A stretch of DNA of 64,000 nt from Gemmatimonadota bacterium (GCA_036679645.1 JAZDCY010000012.1:1-64000), one strand, 5' to 3'; positions 45,746 through 56,682 are shown, numbered from the stretch's first letter. The notes: generated from the sequence alone by a model not told the origin. Numbers and translations are program-made.

Positions 45746-46306
45746 TCATGCTCCCACCTCCGGTTTCGTCAGGTCCGTGATCTCATCGGCCGCCCGATCC
45801 AAGATCTTCACGATCCCCTGCGCCCGGTCGGTTTCATCGCTCAGCCGCCACGCGGCCTTGTACGCCTTCGAGACGACGCGCCCGATGGCGCGGTTGATGT
45901 CGGGCATGGGCTCGCCCATGACTCGATCCATCATTTCAGTCACGCGATCGAAGATCTCCTCGACCGTCGTCCGGTTCTCCTCGAGAAACGCGCGTCCTGC
46001 GTCGTTGATCTCGTACACCTTCTTCCCCTCGACGTCGCGCATGTCCACAAGCCCCTCATCCTCGAGCCATTGGAGCGTGGGGTACACCGTCCCCGGCGAC
46101 GGCTTGTAGCACCCGCGCGTGCGCTCCTCGAGGGCCTTCATGACCTCGTAGCCGTGCATCGGCTTGTCCTTCAGCAGCTTCAGAATCACGTACTTCATGT
46201 CGCCAGACTCGAACCATTGCCCGCGCCGGCGCCGGCGGTGCCGCCCAGGACCTCCCGCGAATCCAAACGGCCAGCCCCAGAACTCCCAGTCTCCTCGCCT
46301 CGACAT
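45746..46306 (-). CDS. PadR-family transcriptional regulator
   Basis: GDMKYVILKLLKDKPMHGYEVM...YKPSPGTVYPTLQWLEDEG...GKKVYEINDAG. Confidence 0.92.
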   Translation of the reverse strand: MSRRGDWEFWGWPFGFAGGPGRHRRRRRGQWFESGDMKYVILKLLKDKPMHGYEVMKALEERTRGCYKPSPGTVYPTLQWLEDEGLVDMRDVEGKKVYEINDAGRAFLEENRTTVEEIFDRVTEMMDRVMGEPMPDINRAIGRVVSKAYKAAWRLSDETDRAQGIVKILDRAADEITDLTKPEVGA

Positions 46307-46362
46307 CTCAACCTCCTCGATGCCCGAACGGGACATCACGTTGCGTTACGCGACATTACGTG

Positions 46363-46386
46363 CCGATATGTCGTACGATATATCGT
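46363..46386. promoter_or_regulatory. Tandem palindromes (CCGATATGTCGT, ACGATATATCGT), likely PadR operator
   Basis: Perfect 12-bp palindrome 46375-46386 plus an imperfect copy 46363-46374, about 60 bp upstream of padR. Confidence 0.65.
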
Positions 46387-46450
46387 GAAGTGTCGGATTT
46401 CAAGTGACGGGCTGGAACACGCGGGACGACGAGCGAAACCCAGGACAAGG

Positions 46451-46480
46451 AAAAAGCGGGAGGGGTCACCTCCCGCTTTC
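46451..46480 (-). terminator. Intrinsic terminator after the DoxX gene
   Basis: aaagcgggagg-ggtca-cctcccgcttt stem; T run on the minus strand. Confidence 0.75.
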
Positions 46481-46505
46481 GCGACTTCACGCCCTTCCTC
46501 CGGCT

Positions 46506-46922
46506 TCACCCACCCACGCTCATCGGCCAATCCCAACCGGCGTAGTACGCAATGATCAGCGCCGCACCAATTAAAGCGAGGTTCTTCATGAAGTGGGTCA
46601 TCTCGTTCATCCGCGTCATGGGATCCTGCTCTTTCCAGAACGGGTGCATCATGAACGTCGTTGGAACGAGGAAGACCACGAGCAGGCCGGCACCGATGAA
46701 ACGCGTCCACCCGATGGCGACGAAGATGCCACCGGCCGCCATCATGAGCCCCGAGACCGCCGTGGCGATCTTCGGGGCTGGGACACCCTTGGCACCCGCA
46801 TAGGCCGCCATGTCATTCAGTTTCATCAAGTGGTTCATGCCACTCGCGATGAAGATCATCGAGAAGAGCACGCGTCCGACGACGTGGGCCCACGGGTAGA
46901 ACTGCACGGCCGATTCCGGCAT
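46506..46922 (-). CDS. DoxX-family membrane protein
   Basis: GRVLFSMIFIASG, KGVPAP, HPFW, FMKNLALIGAAL. Confidence 0.88.
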   Translation of the reverse strand: MPESAVQFYPWAHVVGRVLFSMIFIASGMNHLMKLNDMAAYAGAKGVPAPKIATAVSGLMMAAGGIFVAIGWTRFIGAGLLVVFLVPTTFMMHPFWKEQDPMTRMNEMTHFMKNLALIGAALIIAYYAGWDWPMSVGG

Positions 46923-47049
46923 GGTCGGAGCCTCCACGGAGTGAGGAATCGTCCCAACGATGCGTCAGGGGAAGTTCGAGCGCAAACGGCTTCCGCGCGC
47001 CCCCGCCCGGGGCTAGCTTCGCTAACCCTCTCCCCGCAAGCGAGGTGCA

Positions 47050-49773
47050 ATGCGTTTTTGGATCGTGCTGGTGGTCTTCCTGAGCCCCTTGGCGCCGGCG
47101 GCAGCGCAGCAGGCAACGTTCGACTTCTTTGGCCGTGGCCCGTACCGCAGTGAGATCCCACGCCCGAACGATCTGCTCCGCTACGGGGCCGGTGACCGAC
47201 ATACGCAGTATCACATGCAGCAGTTGGTTCTCGACCGGCTTATAACTGCCGGTGGCGACCGTGTGCGCGCTGAGGACATCGGCCGCACCGAAGAGGGCCG
47301 CCCGATGCGCGTGTTGCTGATCTCGTCTCCCGAAATCCTCGACCGGATAGACGCCATTCGCACCGATGTCGCGCAGTTGACCGATCCACGCGGACTCTCG
47401 CAGACCGACGCCGACGCGATCATTGCGCGAACGCCCGTGGTCGTATTTCTGTCGTATTCGATCCACGGCAACGAGCCAGCCGGCTTCGAGGCGGCAATGT
47501 GGGTCGCATATCAGCTCATCGCTTCTGACGAACCAACCACTCGCATGATCCTCGACAGCGTGCTCGTCATCGTGAACCCTTCCGCGAACCCCGACGGACA
47601 CGAGCGGTTTGCCGTGTGGTCCAATTCCATCGATATCGGCAGCGACGAGCCGTGGGGATTCGAGTGGGACGAGCCGTGGAGCATCTGGGGTCGGTTCAGT
47701 CATTACCGGTTCGACATGAACCGCGACCTGATTGCACAGTCGCAGGCGCCCGTCCAGGCAATGCTCGGTGCGATGCTTCGCTGGAATCCGCAGGTGGTCG
47801 TCGATCACCACAGCACGACGGAGCAGTTCTTTTTTCCGCCGTTCGCCGAGCCGACCAACACCAACATGACCGCAAACACGTTGCAGTGGATCGAGGTATT
47901 CGGTCGCGGGAACGCCGCGGCGTTCGATCGCTACGGATGGCAATACTACACACGTGACATTTTCGACGGCCACTATGTCGGTTACTTCGACGCGGCCCCA
48001 GCCGTGGCGGGCGCAACCGGGATGACCTACGAGACTGATGGTGGCAAGGTGCTGCGCCGGCGCCGGGATGACGGAACGGTGATCACCTTCGCCGAGGGCA
48101 TCGCTCACCACTTCGTGGCGTCGCTCGCAACGCTCGAAACCGCGGCGAACAACCGCACGCAGCGGCTGCGGGACTTCCATGCGTTCCACCAGTCGGCAAT
48201 CGCGGAAGCACAGAACGACCCCATGAAACGCATCGTCGTGCTGCCGGACCACGATCCTACGAACGCGGCCCGTCTCGCGCGCATGCTGCTCGGCCACGGC
48301 ATCGAAGTCACCCGGCTCACGGAACCGCTCGCCAGCCGCAGTGCTCACGGGTACTACACGCCCGGCGCCACGGCTGCTCGACAAACGTTCCGCCCGGGGG
48401 CACTCGTCATCGATCTGGCGCAGCCGCGTGGTCGGATGGCGCGCGCGTTGCTCGAGCCGGACGCCGAGATCCCCGAGCCGTTTCGCAGCCGTGAATTGGC
48501 CAAGTTCCAACGCAACCAGCGGCGCGGCGGATTCGGCGAGCGGTACGAGTTCTACGACATCACGGCGTGGTCTCTACCGTTTACCATGGGCCTCGACGCG
48601 TACTGGACCGAAGATGCCGGACCGGTGACGGGTGACCGCCTGGCGCTCGCGGACGAGGAGCCCGTGAGGGCGCTCGCGCCGCCGGGAGCCGTGTCGGGGC
48701 GCGCTCGCTCAGCCTACGTCTTTCCCAACGACCGACAGGCCGCCGCTGAGCTGGCGCTCGCCCTGCTCAACGACGGCTTCGTGCTCAACGTGAGCTCCGA
48801 GCCGCTGCGCGCGGACGGAAGCACATATCCGGTCGGGACCTTCGTACTGCGGGTAACCCGAAACCCCGCACAGCTGCACGAGCGGATTGCCGAACTTGCC
48901 ATGGAGACGCGGGTGCCCGTGACAGCGGTGCAGTCCGCGTTTCCCGACTCCGGCCCGGTTGGCGTCGGTTCGGAATCGGTTCGGCCGGTGTTTCGGCCGC
49001 GCATGCTGGTGGCGATGGGCGAGGGCACCAGCCAGATCAGCTACGGCTCGCTGTGGTATTTCCTCGAGCAGGAACTCCGCTATCCGTTCGTCCCCGTCGC
49101 GCTCTCGTCGATCCGCAACATGTCTACCCTCGCCGGCTACAACGTGCTCGTCATTCCCGGTGGCTCGGCCCGCTCCATCCGCCGGCTGCTGGGCGACCGG
49201 GGCATTGCCCGCCTCAAGGAGTGGATCCGGACCGGCGGCGTATTGATCACATGGGACGAGGCCGCCCTCTTTCTCGCCGCGGAGGGCGTAGAGCTCACCA
49301 GCGTCAAGCGGGTCGGGGCGGACGAAGAGGACGACGAGGACGACGACAAGGCGGAAGGTGACTCCCTGCCACGGAGCGAGCAGCTCACCCCGCCATTGCC
49401 CTCGCCATCGGCGGATACCAGTGCGACCGCGTCCATTCCGGGCGCCATCTTCCGCGCGGCGCTGGACCGCAGCCACTGGCTGACCTTTGGCTACGAACGG
49501 AGCGAGCTGGCGGTCATGCTGCGGGGATCACTCATGCTTCAACCGTCCAAGGCCGGGGCGAACCCCGTCGCGTTCGTCGCCGATTCGCTCCGTCTCTCCG
49601 GGTTCGTATGGCCGAACACGGAGCGCCTGCTGCGGGGGACCGTCTGGGCCGCCGCCGAGCGTCATGGCAGGGGAAACGTAGTGCTGTTTGCGGAGGATCC
49701 GCTGTTTCGAGCTTTCTGGAGGGGGACGGCGCGGCTGGTGACCAACGCCATTCTGTTTGGCACCGGGCGGTAG
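47050..49773 (+). CDS. Exported M14 zinc carboxypeptidase-family protein
   Basis: Signal peptide, GRTEEGRP, IHGNE, NPDGHER, FDMNRD, C-terminal DPLFRAFW.GT.RL..NAI. Confidence 0.88.
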   Translation: MRFWIVLVVFLSPLAPAAAQQATFDFFGRGPYRSEIPRPNDLLRYGAGDRHTQYHMQQLVLDRLITAGGDRVRAEDIGRTEEGRPMRVLLISSPEILDRIDAIRTDVAQLTDPRGLSQTDADAIIARTPVVVFLSYSIHGNEPAGFEAAMWVAYQLIASDEPTTRMILDSVLVIVNPSANPDGHERFAVWSNSIDIGSDEPWGFEWDEPWSIWGRFSHYRFDMNRDLIAQSQAPVQAMLGAMLRWNPQVVVDHHSTTEQFFFPPFAEPTNTNMTANTLQWIEVFGRGNAAAFDRYGWQYYTRDIFDGHYVGYFDAAPAVAGATGMTYETDGGKVLRRRRDDGTVITFAEGIAHHFVASLATLETAANNRTQRLRDFHAFHQSAIAEAQNDPMKRIVVLPDHDPTNAARLARMLLGHGIEVTRLTEPLASRSAHGYYTPGATAARQTFRPGALVIDLAQPRGRMARALLEPDAEIPEPFRSRELAKFQRNQRRGGFGERYEFYDITAWSLPFTMGLDAYWTEDAGPVTGDRLALADEEPVRALAPPGAVSGRARSAYVFPNDRQAAAELALALLNDGFVLNVSSEPLRADGSTYPVGTFVLRVTRNPAQLHERIAELAMETRVPVTAVQSAFPDSGPVGVGSESVRPVFRPRMLVAMGEGTSQISYGSLWYFLEQELRYPFVPVALSSIRNMSTLAGYNVLVIPGGSARSIRRLLGDRGIARLKEWIRTGGVLITWDEAALFLAAEGVELTSVKRVGADEEDDEDDDKAEGDSLPRSEQLTPPLPSPSADTSATASIPGAIFRAALDRSHWLTFGYERSELAVMLRGSLMLQPSKAGANPVAFVADSLRLSGFVWPNTERLLRGTVWAAAERHGRGNVVLFAEDPLFRAFWRGTARLVTNAILFGTGR

Positions 49774-49807
49774 GTGTTCGTAGGCCGCCCTGAGTCGTGA
49801 GGTGCAC

Positions 49808-49842
49808 GGTCGTAGGGCGCACAGCAGTGCGCCCCTACGACC
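49808..49842. repeat. GTAG-type REP-like palindrome between convergent genes
   Basis: ggtcgtagggcgcac-agca-gtgcgcccctacgacc, near-perfect inverted repeat with GTAG/CTAC ends. Confidence 0.6.
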
Positions 49843-49851
49843 CCTGTTCGT

Positions 49852-50823
49852 CTATTGCTCTTCCCAGTGTAACCCGCGATCCCGTTCCGGTACGGTCGCG
49901 GTCAGCGTCTGCCGCGCATGGTTCCGCATGATATCGATGCGGATCTCGTCACCCGGTTCGTACGAACGCAAGATACGCATTGCGTGTGACGGACTGTTCG
50001 GCGTGCGGCCCCCGATCCGCAGCAGGACGTCACCGCTCTGTAGAGTCAGGAGATCATCGCGCGGTGCTCGCACGACGAGCAGCCCTTCGGTCGTCCCGAA
50101 ATAGCCTCCGAGCGCGTCGTCGATCGTGACCAACTCCATGTCGGCCCATCGCGCCCCGAACAGAGAGACCCCAAACAGCCCGTTGCCGGAGGCTACCAAG
50201 ACGCGTCCGGCCATATTGCGCGCGCGCTCCGTCCAGTCGTTGGTAAACTCACGAATGCGCAGGGTGTCGACCGTGATGTCCGGGAAGGCGAAATCCGGAA
50301 CCGTGAACGAATAGGAATAACCCGGTACACGCCGGGCGGTGATCGTGGTCGTCGCCTGCTGTCCGTCGCGCTGGTACTCGATCTCGACTGTGTCACCGTC
50401 GTCGAGTTCGCGCGCGAGCGCGACGAGCTTGTCACCCGGCGTCTGCCAGCGCCGCGTTTCCGTGAGCGGTTCGCCATTCACGCTGATGAGGATGTCTCCG
50501 GACTCCAATCCGGCGTCATCCGCCGGCCCGTCCGGCGTCACCGCCGTGAGTACGGCTCCAATGTCGTCGGTCTCCTCGTCGCGGGCCGTGTTCACGACTA
50601 CGCCAAGTCGCGCGCGGTTACCGAACCCCATGACCAGCGGCTCGACGAACCGCATCCGCGTGTTCTCTCCCAACTCCCGCTGGATCTCACGAACCTCTCG
50701 CTGGAGATCTCGGAGCCGTTCGCGGAGTTCCCGCTGCTGGTCACGATCGCGCTCCTGTGCCTGGACGCCGCCGATGCCGGATACCAACCCGAGCGCCAAC
50801 ACCGTCATGATGATCCGTCTCAT
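49852..50823 (-). CDS. Exported tandem-PDZ protein (no protease domain seen)
   Basis: Signal peptide, coiled coil, RLGVV...VTPDGPADDAGLESGDILISVNG, second LQSGDVLLRIGGR. Confidence 0.8.
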   Translation of the reverse strand: MRRIIMTVLALGLVSGIGGVQAQERDRDQQRELRERLRDLQREVREIQRELGENTRMRFVEPLVMGFGNRARLGVVVNTARDEETDDIGAVLTAVTPDGPADDAGLESGDILISVNGEPLTETRRWQTPGDKLVALARELDDGDTVEIEYQRDGQQATTTITARRVPGYSYSFTVPDFAFPDITVDTLRIREFTNDWTERARNMAGRVLVASGNGLFGVSLFGARWADMELVTIDDALGGYFGTTEGLLVVRAPRDDLLTLQSGDVLLRIGGRTPNSPSHAMRILRSYEPGDEIRIDIMRNHARQTLTATVPERDRGLHWEEQ

Positions 50824-50845
50824 ATCGCTATTACCTCCAGCCGGG

Positions 50846-51463
50846 TCAGAACCCGACGTACGTGGCGCGCGTGACATGCGCGTTCACCAACGCATCCATG
50901 AGATGCACTCGGTCACGCCACAAGGTGATCAGTCGTTGTTGCTCTGCCGAACCCGTAGTCGTACGGGTAATCCCCATATCGACCACCGCGATCCGGTCTT
51001 CCAACTCCGCAATGACGCTCGCGGTGCGGCCGCTCAATACCCGGCCGCGCGGGTCCCAGTCCCGCAGCGTCGCCTCGAGCTGCCGGGACTGCTGCCGCAG
51101 CTGGGTCAGTGCAGCGTTCGCCTGCTGGGCAAGGGCAGCCGCCGGCCGGTTGTCGGTCGGCGTCAGGTCGATCGTGCGCACACCGATCGCCAGCGTGAGA
51201 CCCGCGGCGACGGCAAGCGTCGCCCAGCCGGCCTGCTTCAGTCGCTCCCGGCGGCGGTCGGCGAGGAGCCGCGCCTTCACCACCGGCCACCGATCGCGCG
51301 GTGGGCGGCGTGTCGCGAGCGCCCGCATCGCGGCCGCTCGCTGGTTGAGCAGCCCCAGCTCCCGCTGGCACACCGTGCAGCCGGCCAGATGGTCCGCCGC
51401 TCCAACCGTTCCTTCACCGTCCCGCACGGCGAGCAGCTCAGTTGTCGTACAATGCCGATTCAT
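50846..51463 (-). CDS. Zinc-binding (HxxxCxxC) anti-sigma factor
   Basis: HLAGCTVC, single TM; directly downstream of the ECF sigma. Confidence 0.75.
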   Translation of the reverse strand: MNRHCTTTELLAVRDGEGTVGAADHLAGCTVCQRELGLLNQRAAAMRALATRRPPRDRWPVVKARLLADRRRERLKQAGWATLAVAAGLTLAIGVRTIDLTPTDNRPAAALAQQANAALTQLRQQSRQLEATLRDWDPRGRVLSGRTASVIAELEDRIAVVDMGITRTTTGSAEQQRLITLWRDRVHLMDALVNAHVTRATYVGF

Positions 51464-51467
51464 AAGT

Positions 51468-52019
51468 TCACTCCCCGCCGAGCCAGTCCCGCAGGCGCTT
51501 GTGGGCACGTGCGAGTTGCGATTTCGAGAAACTCACGGTCCTGTCCATCATCTCGGCAATATCTTCATGCGTGTATCCCTCAACGTCGTGTAGCCAGACT
51601 ACGGCGCGGGACGTTTCCGGCAGGCGGGCAAGCGCGCTCTCGAGATCCAGCTGCAGTCCGACATCCTCGCCTAGGCGACCGGCGACCGGCCCATCCTCGA
51701 TGAACTCATCGGTGTCACGGTACTTCTCCCGACGTACCCGCATGAACGCCTTGCTGGCCGCGACTCGTTTCACCCACGCCGTCAGACTCCCGGGCCCCGT
51801 CCCGCGGAACTTGCCCATACTGCGGCAGATCTCGAGGAAGGTCTCCTGCAGCACGTCCTCGGCATCTTCCGCCGTGCGGCAGATCCGTCGTGCAAGCGAG
51901 TAGACCATGCCTTCGTAGGAGCGGTACACCCGCTCGAGCGCTGCGAGGTCACCCGTCTTGGCCCGTTGGATCGCGATCTCGTCCAGCACACCGATCACGC
52001 TGACATTCGCTTTCGTCAT
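51468..52019 (-). CDS. ECF RNA polymerase sigma factor
   Basis: DAEDVLQETF...AWVKRVA; LPETSRAVVWLHDVEGYTHEDIA...SFSKSQLARA. Confidence 0.92.
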   Translation of the reverse strand: MTKANVSVIGVLDEIAIQRAKTGDLAALERVYRSYEGMVYSLARRICRTAEDAEDVLQETFLEICRSMGKFRGTGPGSLTAWVKRVAASKAFMRVRREKYRDTDEFIEDGPVAGRLGEDVGLQLDLESALARLPETSRAVVWLHDVEGYTHEDIAEMMDRTVSFSKSQLARAHKRLRDWLGGE

Positions 52020-52030
52020 GTCTGAAGGGA

Positions 52031-52059
52031 TAGATGCAGGAGGGGGCATCAGGGTCGCA
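52031..52059 (-). promoter_or_regulatory. Putative autoregulatory ECF promoter TGCGACC-N15-GCATCTA
   Basis: Bipartite motif 11 nt upstream of the sigma ATG. Confidence 0.45.
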
Positions 52060-52092
52060 CCTGAGGTGAGCGGCAACCGCCTACCGCTACCA

Positions 52093-54513
52093 TCATACCA
52101 CGAGATTCACCAACCGATCCTTGACGTAGATTGTCTTTCGTATCTCCTTATTTCCCAAGAACTTGTGGACCTGCGGATCGGCCGCGGCTACTCGAACGGC
52201 GTCTTCCTCCGAGATGCCGGGAGCAGCCTGTATGCGGCCCCGGACCTTGCCGTTCACCTGAACCACGATCTCGATTTCGACCTCCCGAGCGAGTGCTTCG
52301 TCGAAATCGGGCCAGGACGCCTCGAAGACGCTCGCGTCGTGCGCCAGCCGTTCCCAACACTCCTCGGCGAAGTGTGGGGCTAGGGGGGCGAGCATGACGA
52401 TCAGCGGCTCGACGAGTCCCTTCGCGGCCGGGCCTGCCATGTTACCTCGCAACAGGTTGACGTACTCCATCATGGCCGAGATCGCGGTGTTGTACCGCAG
52501 GCCTTCAATGTCCGTGCCCACCTTGCGGATGGTCTGATGCAGTTTGCGCCATGCCTCGTCCGAGCCGCCCGTACCGTTGGCCTCTTCGACCATCGCCCAT
52601 ACTCGGTCGAGAAATCGTCGGATGCCGGAGATGCCATCGTCGCGGAAGTCCCCGCCTTCCTGGTAGGGACCTAGAAACATGAGGTACATCCGGAACGTAT
52701 CCGCACCCCACTTGGCAATGTGCTGATCCGGAATCACCACGTTGCCGCGAGACTTCGACATCTTGGCACCGTCCTTCACGATCGTGCCGTGTGCTCGGAA
52801 ACGGGTGAATGGCTCCTCAAAATCGAGGTGTCCGAGGTCGTGCAGCGCCATCGTGAGAAACCGCGAATACATGAGGTGCAAGACCGCGTGCTCGTTACCT
52901 CCGATGTACGTATCGACGGGGAGCCATTTTTTCGTGAGCTCGGCATCGAACGGGCGGTCATCGAAGTCGTTCGACGGGTACCGGAGGAAATACCAGCCGG
53001 AATCGAGGAACGTGTCGGACACGTCCGTCTCCCGGCGCGCGTCCGCCCCACACTGCGGACACGGAACCCGATACCACTCCTCCACCCGGGCTAGTGGGGA
53101 CACGCCCGTTTCGTCCGGCCGGAAGTCGTCCACGGCGGGCAGCAATACCGGAAGGTCCTTTTCCGGGACCGGGACCGTACCGCATGCATCACAATAGATG
53201 ATGGGGATGGGCGGTCCCCAGTACCGCTGGCGCGAGATACACCAATCGTGCAACCGGTACCGGACCTCGCCTCGGCCCAGCGATTGGCCCTCGAGCCATT
53301 GCGTGATCGCGCCCACCGCGGCGCGGCACGACGTCCCGTCGAACTGACCGGACCGGACCAGCTTTGCGTCCCATCCGGTGTAGGGAAGCTCCTGACTGTC
53401 GTCCGGCTCGATAACCGGTACGATCGGCAGGTCGAACGCGGTGGCGAACTCGAAGTCACGCTCGTCGTGTGCGGGCACCGCCATGATGGCTCCGGTGCCG
53501 TACTCCATCAGCACGTAGTCGGCGATCCAGATGGGGACGCTCTCGCCAGTGGCGGGGTTGCGGGCGTAGGCTCCAGTGAAGACACCGGTCTTGTCCTTGG
53601 AACCAATCCGCCTCGCCACGATGTCCATTTCGGCCACCGTGCGTCGGTAGGCGTTCACCTCACCGCGTTGCTCCGCGGCTGTCAGGGTCTCGACCAGCGG
53701 GTGTTCCGGGGCGAGGACGACATATGTAGCCCCGAACACGGTGTCGGGCCGGGTCGTAAAAACGCGAATCGGCTCAGCGACCGGCGTCGCGAACACCAGT
53801 TCGGCCCCCTCCGACCGCCCGATCCAGTTGATCTGCAGCATCCGTGTCGAATCGGACCAATCGATCCGCTCGAGGTTGTCCAGCAGTCGCTGCGCGTACT
53901 TCGTAATCGTGAAGAACCACTGCTCGAGAAACCGCTGCGAGACAGCGGTCTCGGGGTGTCGTTCGCAAAACCCGTCAATAACCTGCTCGTTGGCGAGTAC
54001 GGTCTTGCACTCGGGACACCAGTTCACCGGCGCGGCCTTCTTCACTGCCATGCCGCTGCGGTAGAGCTGCAGAAAAACCCACTGTGTCCACTTGTAGTAT
54101 GCGGGATCGGTAGTGGACAGTTCATGATCCCAGTTCACCATGAGCCCGACGCGCCGCAACTGTTGGCGGAACCGCGCGATGTTCCGCGGGATCAGCTCGG
54201 CAGGATGCGTGTTGACCTTGAGCGCGTAATTCTCCGAGTGTATGCCGAAAGCGTCGAACCCGATTGGCTCGAAGACATCGTACCCGCAAAGCCGTCGGTA
54301 CCGTCCGTAGATATCGCTCCCGACGAACGCAAACACGTTCCCGACGTGGAGCCCTTCCGCCGACGGATAGGGATACATCATCAGGTTGTAGAACGGCCGC
54401 GCGGCACGCTGGAGATCGACGCTATTGGTGCGTGCCTCCTCCCAGCGCCGCTGCCACTTGTCTTCGACGGCCGCCGGATCGTAGACGGCGGCCTGGCTGC
54501 TCGTATCCGTCAT
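52093..54513 (-). CDS. leuS: Leucine--tRNA ligase
   Basis: [11 protein letters not shown] (HIGH), [42 protein letters not shown]. Confidence 0.98.
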   Translation of the reverse strand: MTDTSSQAAVYDPAAVEDKWQRRWEEARTNSVDLQRAARPFYNLMMYPYPSAEGLHVGNVFAFVGSDIYGRYRRLCGYDVFEPIGFDAFGIHSENYALKVNTHPAELIPRNIARFRQQLRRVGLMVNWDHELSTTDPAYYKWTQWVFLQLYRSGMAVKKAAPVNWCPECKTVLANEQVIDGFCERHPETAVSQRFLEQWFFTITKYAQRLLDNLERIDWSDSTRMLQINWIGRSEGAELVFATPVAEPIRVFTTRPDTVFGATYVVLAPEHPLVETLTAAEQRGEVNAYRRTVAEMDIVARRIGSKDKTGVFTGAYARNPATGESVPIWIADYVLMEYGTGAIMAVPAHDERDFEFATAFDLPIVPVIEPDDSQELPYTGWDAKLVRSGQFDGTSCRAAVGAITQWLEGQSLGRGEVRYRLHDWCISRQRYWGPPIPIIYCDACGTVPVPEKDLPVLLPAVDDFRPDETGVSPLARVEEWYRVPCPQCGADARRETDVSDTFLDSGWYFLRYPSNDFDDRPFDAELTKKWLPVDTYIGGNEHAVLHLMYSRFLTMALHDLGHLDFEEPFTRFRAHGTIVKDGAKMSKSRGNVVIPDQHIAKWGADTFRMYLMFLGPYQEGGDFRDDGISGIRRFLDRVWAMVEEANGTGGSDEAWRKLHQTIRKVGTDIEGLRYNTAISAMMEYVNLLRGNMAGPAAKGLVEPLIVMLAPLAPHFAEECWERLAHDASVFEASWPDFDEALAREVEIEIVVQVNGKVRGRIQAAPGISEEDAVRVAAADPQVHKFLGNKEIRKTIYVKDRLVNLVV

Positions 54514-54577
54514 AAGGGCAATAATCTATAATGCCTTGCCGGGGCTGGCAGCCCTTCCTAACTTTCCCTCGCCTCCT

Positions 54578-56680
54578 ATGGCCGCCGACTCGTCGCAGCT
54601 CCGCGGAACAATCATCGTCATCGCCATCCCGGCGGCAGTCATCGCCGTTGCCGTTGGGGCGTTTCTTGCCAACCGCGTCATCTCCTCGGAACTCGAGAAC
54701 ACGGCGTTCGAGCGGCTGCGTGCCGTCTCGCACCGGGCATCGACTATCGTCACGCAATATCTCGAAGACAACCAGTCCGACCTCCGCACGCTCTCCCGAG
54801 GACCCGCAGTTTCAGCAGCGGCCCGGGCGGCGGGGGACGATGCGGAACGCCGGGGGTTGCCCGCCCTGGACGTGGAAACCCTCGAGGATCGGTTCGCGGC
54901 CAATCGGGTGCTGCGGAACACCCGGTCGATGCAGCGATACCTGCAGAGTTTCCAGGAGGGATCGGACCTTGCAGAGATCTTCTTCACCGAGCGGAATGGG
55001 CTGAACGTTGCTACCACAAACCCCACGTCCGATTTCGTACAGTCGGACGAGCAGTGGTGGCAGGATGCCTTCACCACCGGGTCGCACGTCGGGACGCCGC
55101 AGTTCGACGAATCTGCCAGTGTGGTCGCCATCGAACTCGCGGTCAGCATCGAGGACCCCGAGACCGGCGATACGCTTGGTGTCGTGAAGGGCCTGGTGCG
55201 GCTCACCCGTCTGGCCCATTTGGTCGCGGGCGCCGACCAGGGGGAAGATGCCGAGATCGAGGTGGTAGACTCCACGGGTCGAACCCTCCTGTCGCGTGAT
55301 CCGACGCAAATCCTCCGCATGTCGAACGCCGCGTCCGTCGCCCCGCGTGGCCCATCGCCGGACGCCACGCGCGTCGAGGTGCCGGGCGAGGGCGAGCAGC
55401 TGCTGGCGACCACGCCGACCAACGACGGACGTTGGTGGGTCATCGTGCGCGAGCCCGTGAGCCATGCGTTCCGGGTCGCCACGCGCATCAGGCACATCGT
55501 CATGGTCTCTGCGGCCGCGGTCCTGCTCACGGTAGTTGCGGCCGTGTGGTTCTTCACCGCGTGGCTTCAGCGGCAGGTCACCGTGCCGGTTCGCACCGCG
55601 GCGGCGGTCAGTGGTCGCGTCGCCGACGGCGACCTGACGGTGAATGTGGACCGGCAGGAGACATCTGGGGCAGCCGAGGTCGGCGAGCTGTTGGACGCCG
55701 TTCAGCGGATGGTCGTAGAGTTACGGAAGGTCGTTACGGCAATCCGCGGCTCGGCCGAAGAATTGGCAGCGATGGCACAACAGATCTCCGCAAGCACTCA
55801 GGAGATGACGGCGTCGACCCAGGAGATGGCAAATACAACACAGCGTCTCTCGGACGACACGAACAAACAGGCAGAGGACGTCCGTCTGACGTCGGGCCAG
55901 GCCCAGCAGATCCAGGCTATCACAACCCACCTGGCTGATGGCGCGCGGATGGCCTCCGAGCGCAGTGCTGCGCTCAAGGCGAGTGCGGAAGAGCACCGCG
56001 TCAGGCTTCTCGCCGGGAGCGCCCAACTCGCCGAATTGGCGGCTGAGGTAGCGCGCGGCGCTGAGGAAGCCCGTACGCTCACGGATCTCTCGACCGACGT
56101 GCAGAAGTTCGTGGCGCAGGCAAAGGCGGTCGCGAATCAAACCAACATGCTGGCGCTGAATGCTGCGATCGAGGCTGCCCGCGCCGGTGGAGAGGGCCGC
56201 GGGTTCGGCGTTGTCGCGGACGAGGTGCGCAAACTCGCAATCCAATCATCACAGGCCGCAACCACCACCGCGGAGACCGTGCGCCGCGTATTGGAGGGTG
56301 TGACGGCGGCCAGCGACCGACTGCAGCGTCTTGCGGAAGAGAGTGCGGCCGTGCGGGAGATCTCTGACGCTGCGGCGAGCGGCCTGCAGGAGGTCACCGA
56401 TCAGGCGGCCGAGAACAGCGTATGGGCGGAGGAGATCTCCAGCGCTGCCGGTGACGCACGACGCCTGGTGGACGGGATCACGGAGCGGCTCGAGGGCATC
56501 ACCGGTGCCACCGAGTCGTTCGTAGCAGCCGTCGAGGAGATCGCTGCATCTGCCGAGCAGCAGAGTGCATCCACTGAAGAGATCGCGAGTTCCGCCGCCC
56601 AACTTGCCGAGGCGTCCGAGAAGCTGAACGCCGGGGTGTCGCGATTTCGGTTGTTCGATGCTGGCGGAGGCGCCGATTGA
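54578..56680 (+). CDS. Methyl-accepting chemotaxis protein (TM-Cache-TM-HAMP-MA)
   Basis: [34 protein letters not shown]; Cache-like EQWWQDAF. Confidence 0.92.
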   Translation: MAADSSQLRGTIIVIAIPAAVIAVAVGAFLANRVISSELENTAFERLRAVSHRASTIVTQYLEDNQSDLRTLSRGPAVSAAARAAGDDAERRGLPALDVETLEDRFAANRVLRNTRSMQRYLQSFQEGSDLAEIFFTERNGLNVATTNPTSDFVQSDEQWWQDAFTTGSHVGTPQFDESASVVAIELAVSIEDPETGDTLGVVKGLVRLTRLAHLVAGADQGEDAEIEVVDSTGRTLLSRDPTQILRMSNAASVAPRGPSPDATRVEVPGEGEQLLATTPTNDGRWWVIVREPVSHAFRVATRIRHIVMVSAAAVLLTVVAAVWFFTAWLQRQVTVPVRTAAAVSGRVADGDLTVNVDRQETSGAAEVGELLDAVQRMVVELRKVVTAIRGSAEELAAMAQQISASTQEMTASTQEMANTTQRLSDDTNKQAEDVRLTSGQAQQIQAITTHLADGARMASERSAALKASAEEHRVRLLAGSAQLAELAAEVARGAEEARTLTDLSTDVQKFVAQAKAVANQTNMLALNAAIEAARAGGEGRGFGVVADEVRKLAIQSSQAATTTAETVRRVLEGVTAASDRLQRLAEESAAVREISDAAASGLQEVTDQAAENSVWAEEISSAAGDARRLVDGITERLEGITGATESFVAAVEEIAASAEQQSASTEEIASSAAQLAEASEKLNAGVSRFRLFDAGGGAD

Positions 56681-56682
56681 CG

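Noticed and set aside
49321..49350. GAC/GAG triplet run
   Set aside because: Encodes an acidic linker (DEEDDEDDD) in the M14 protein; not a repeat element.
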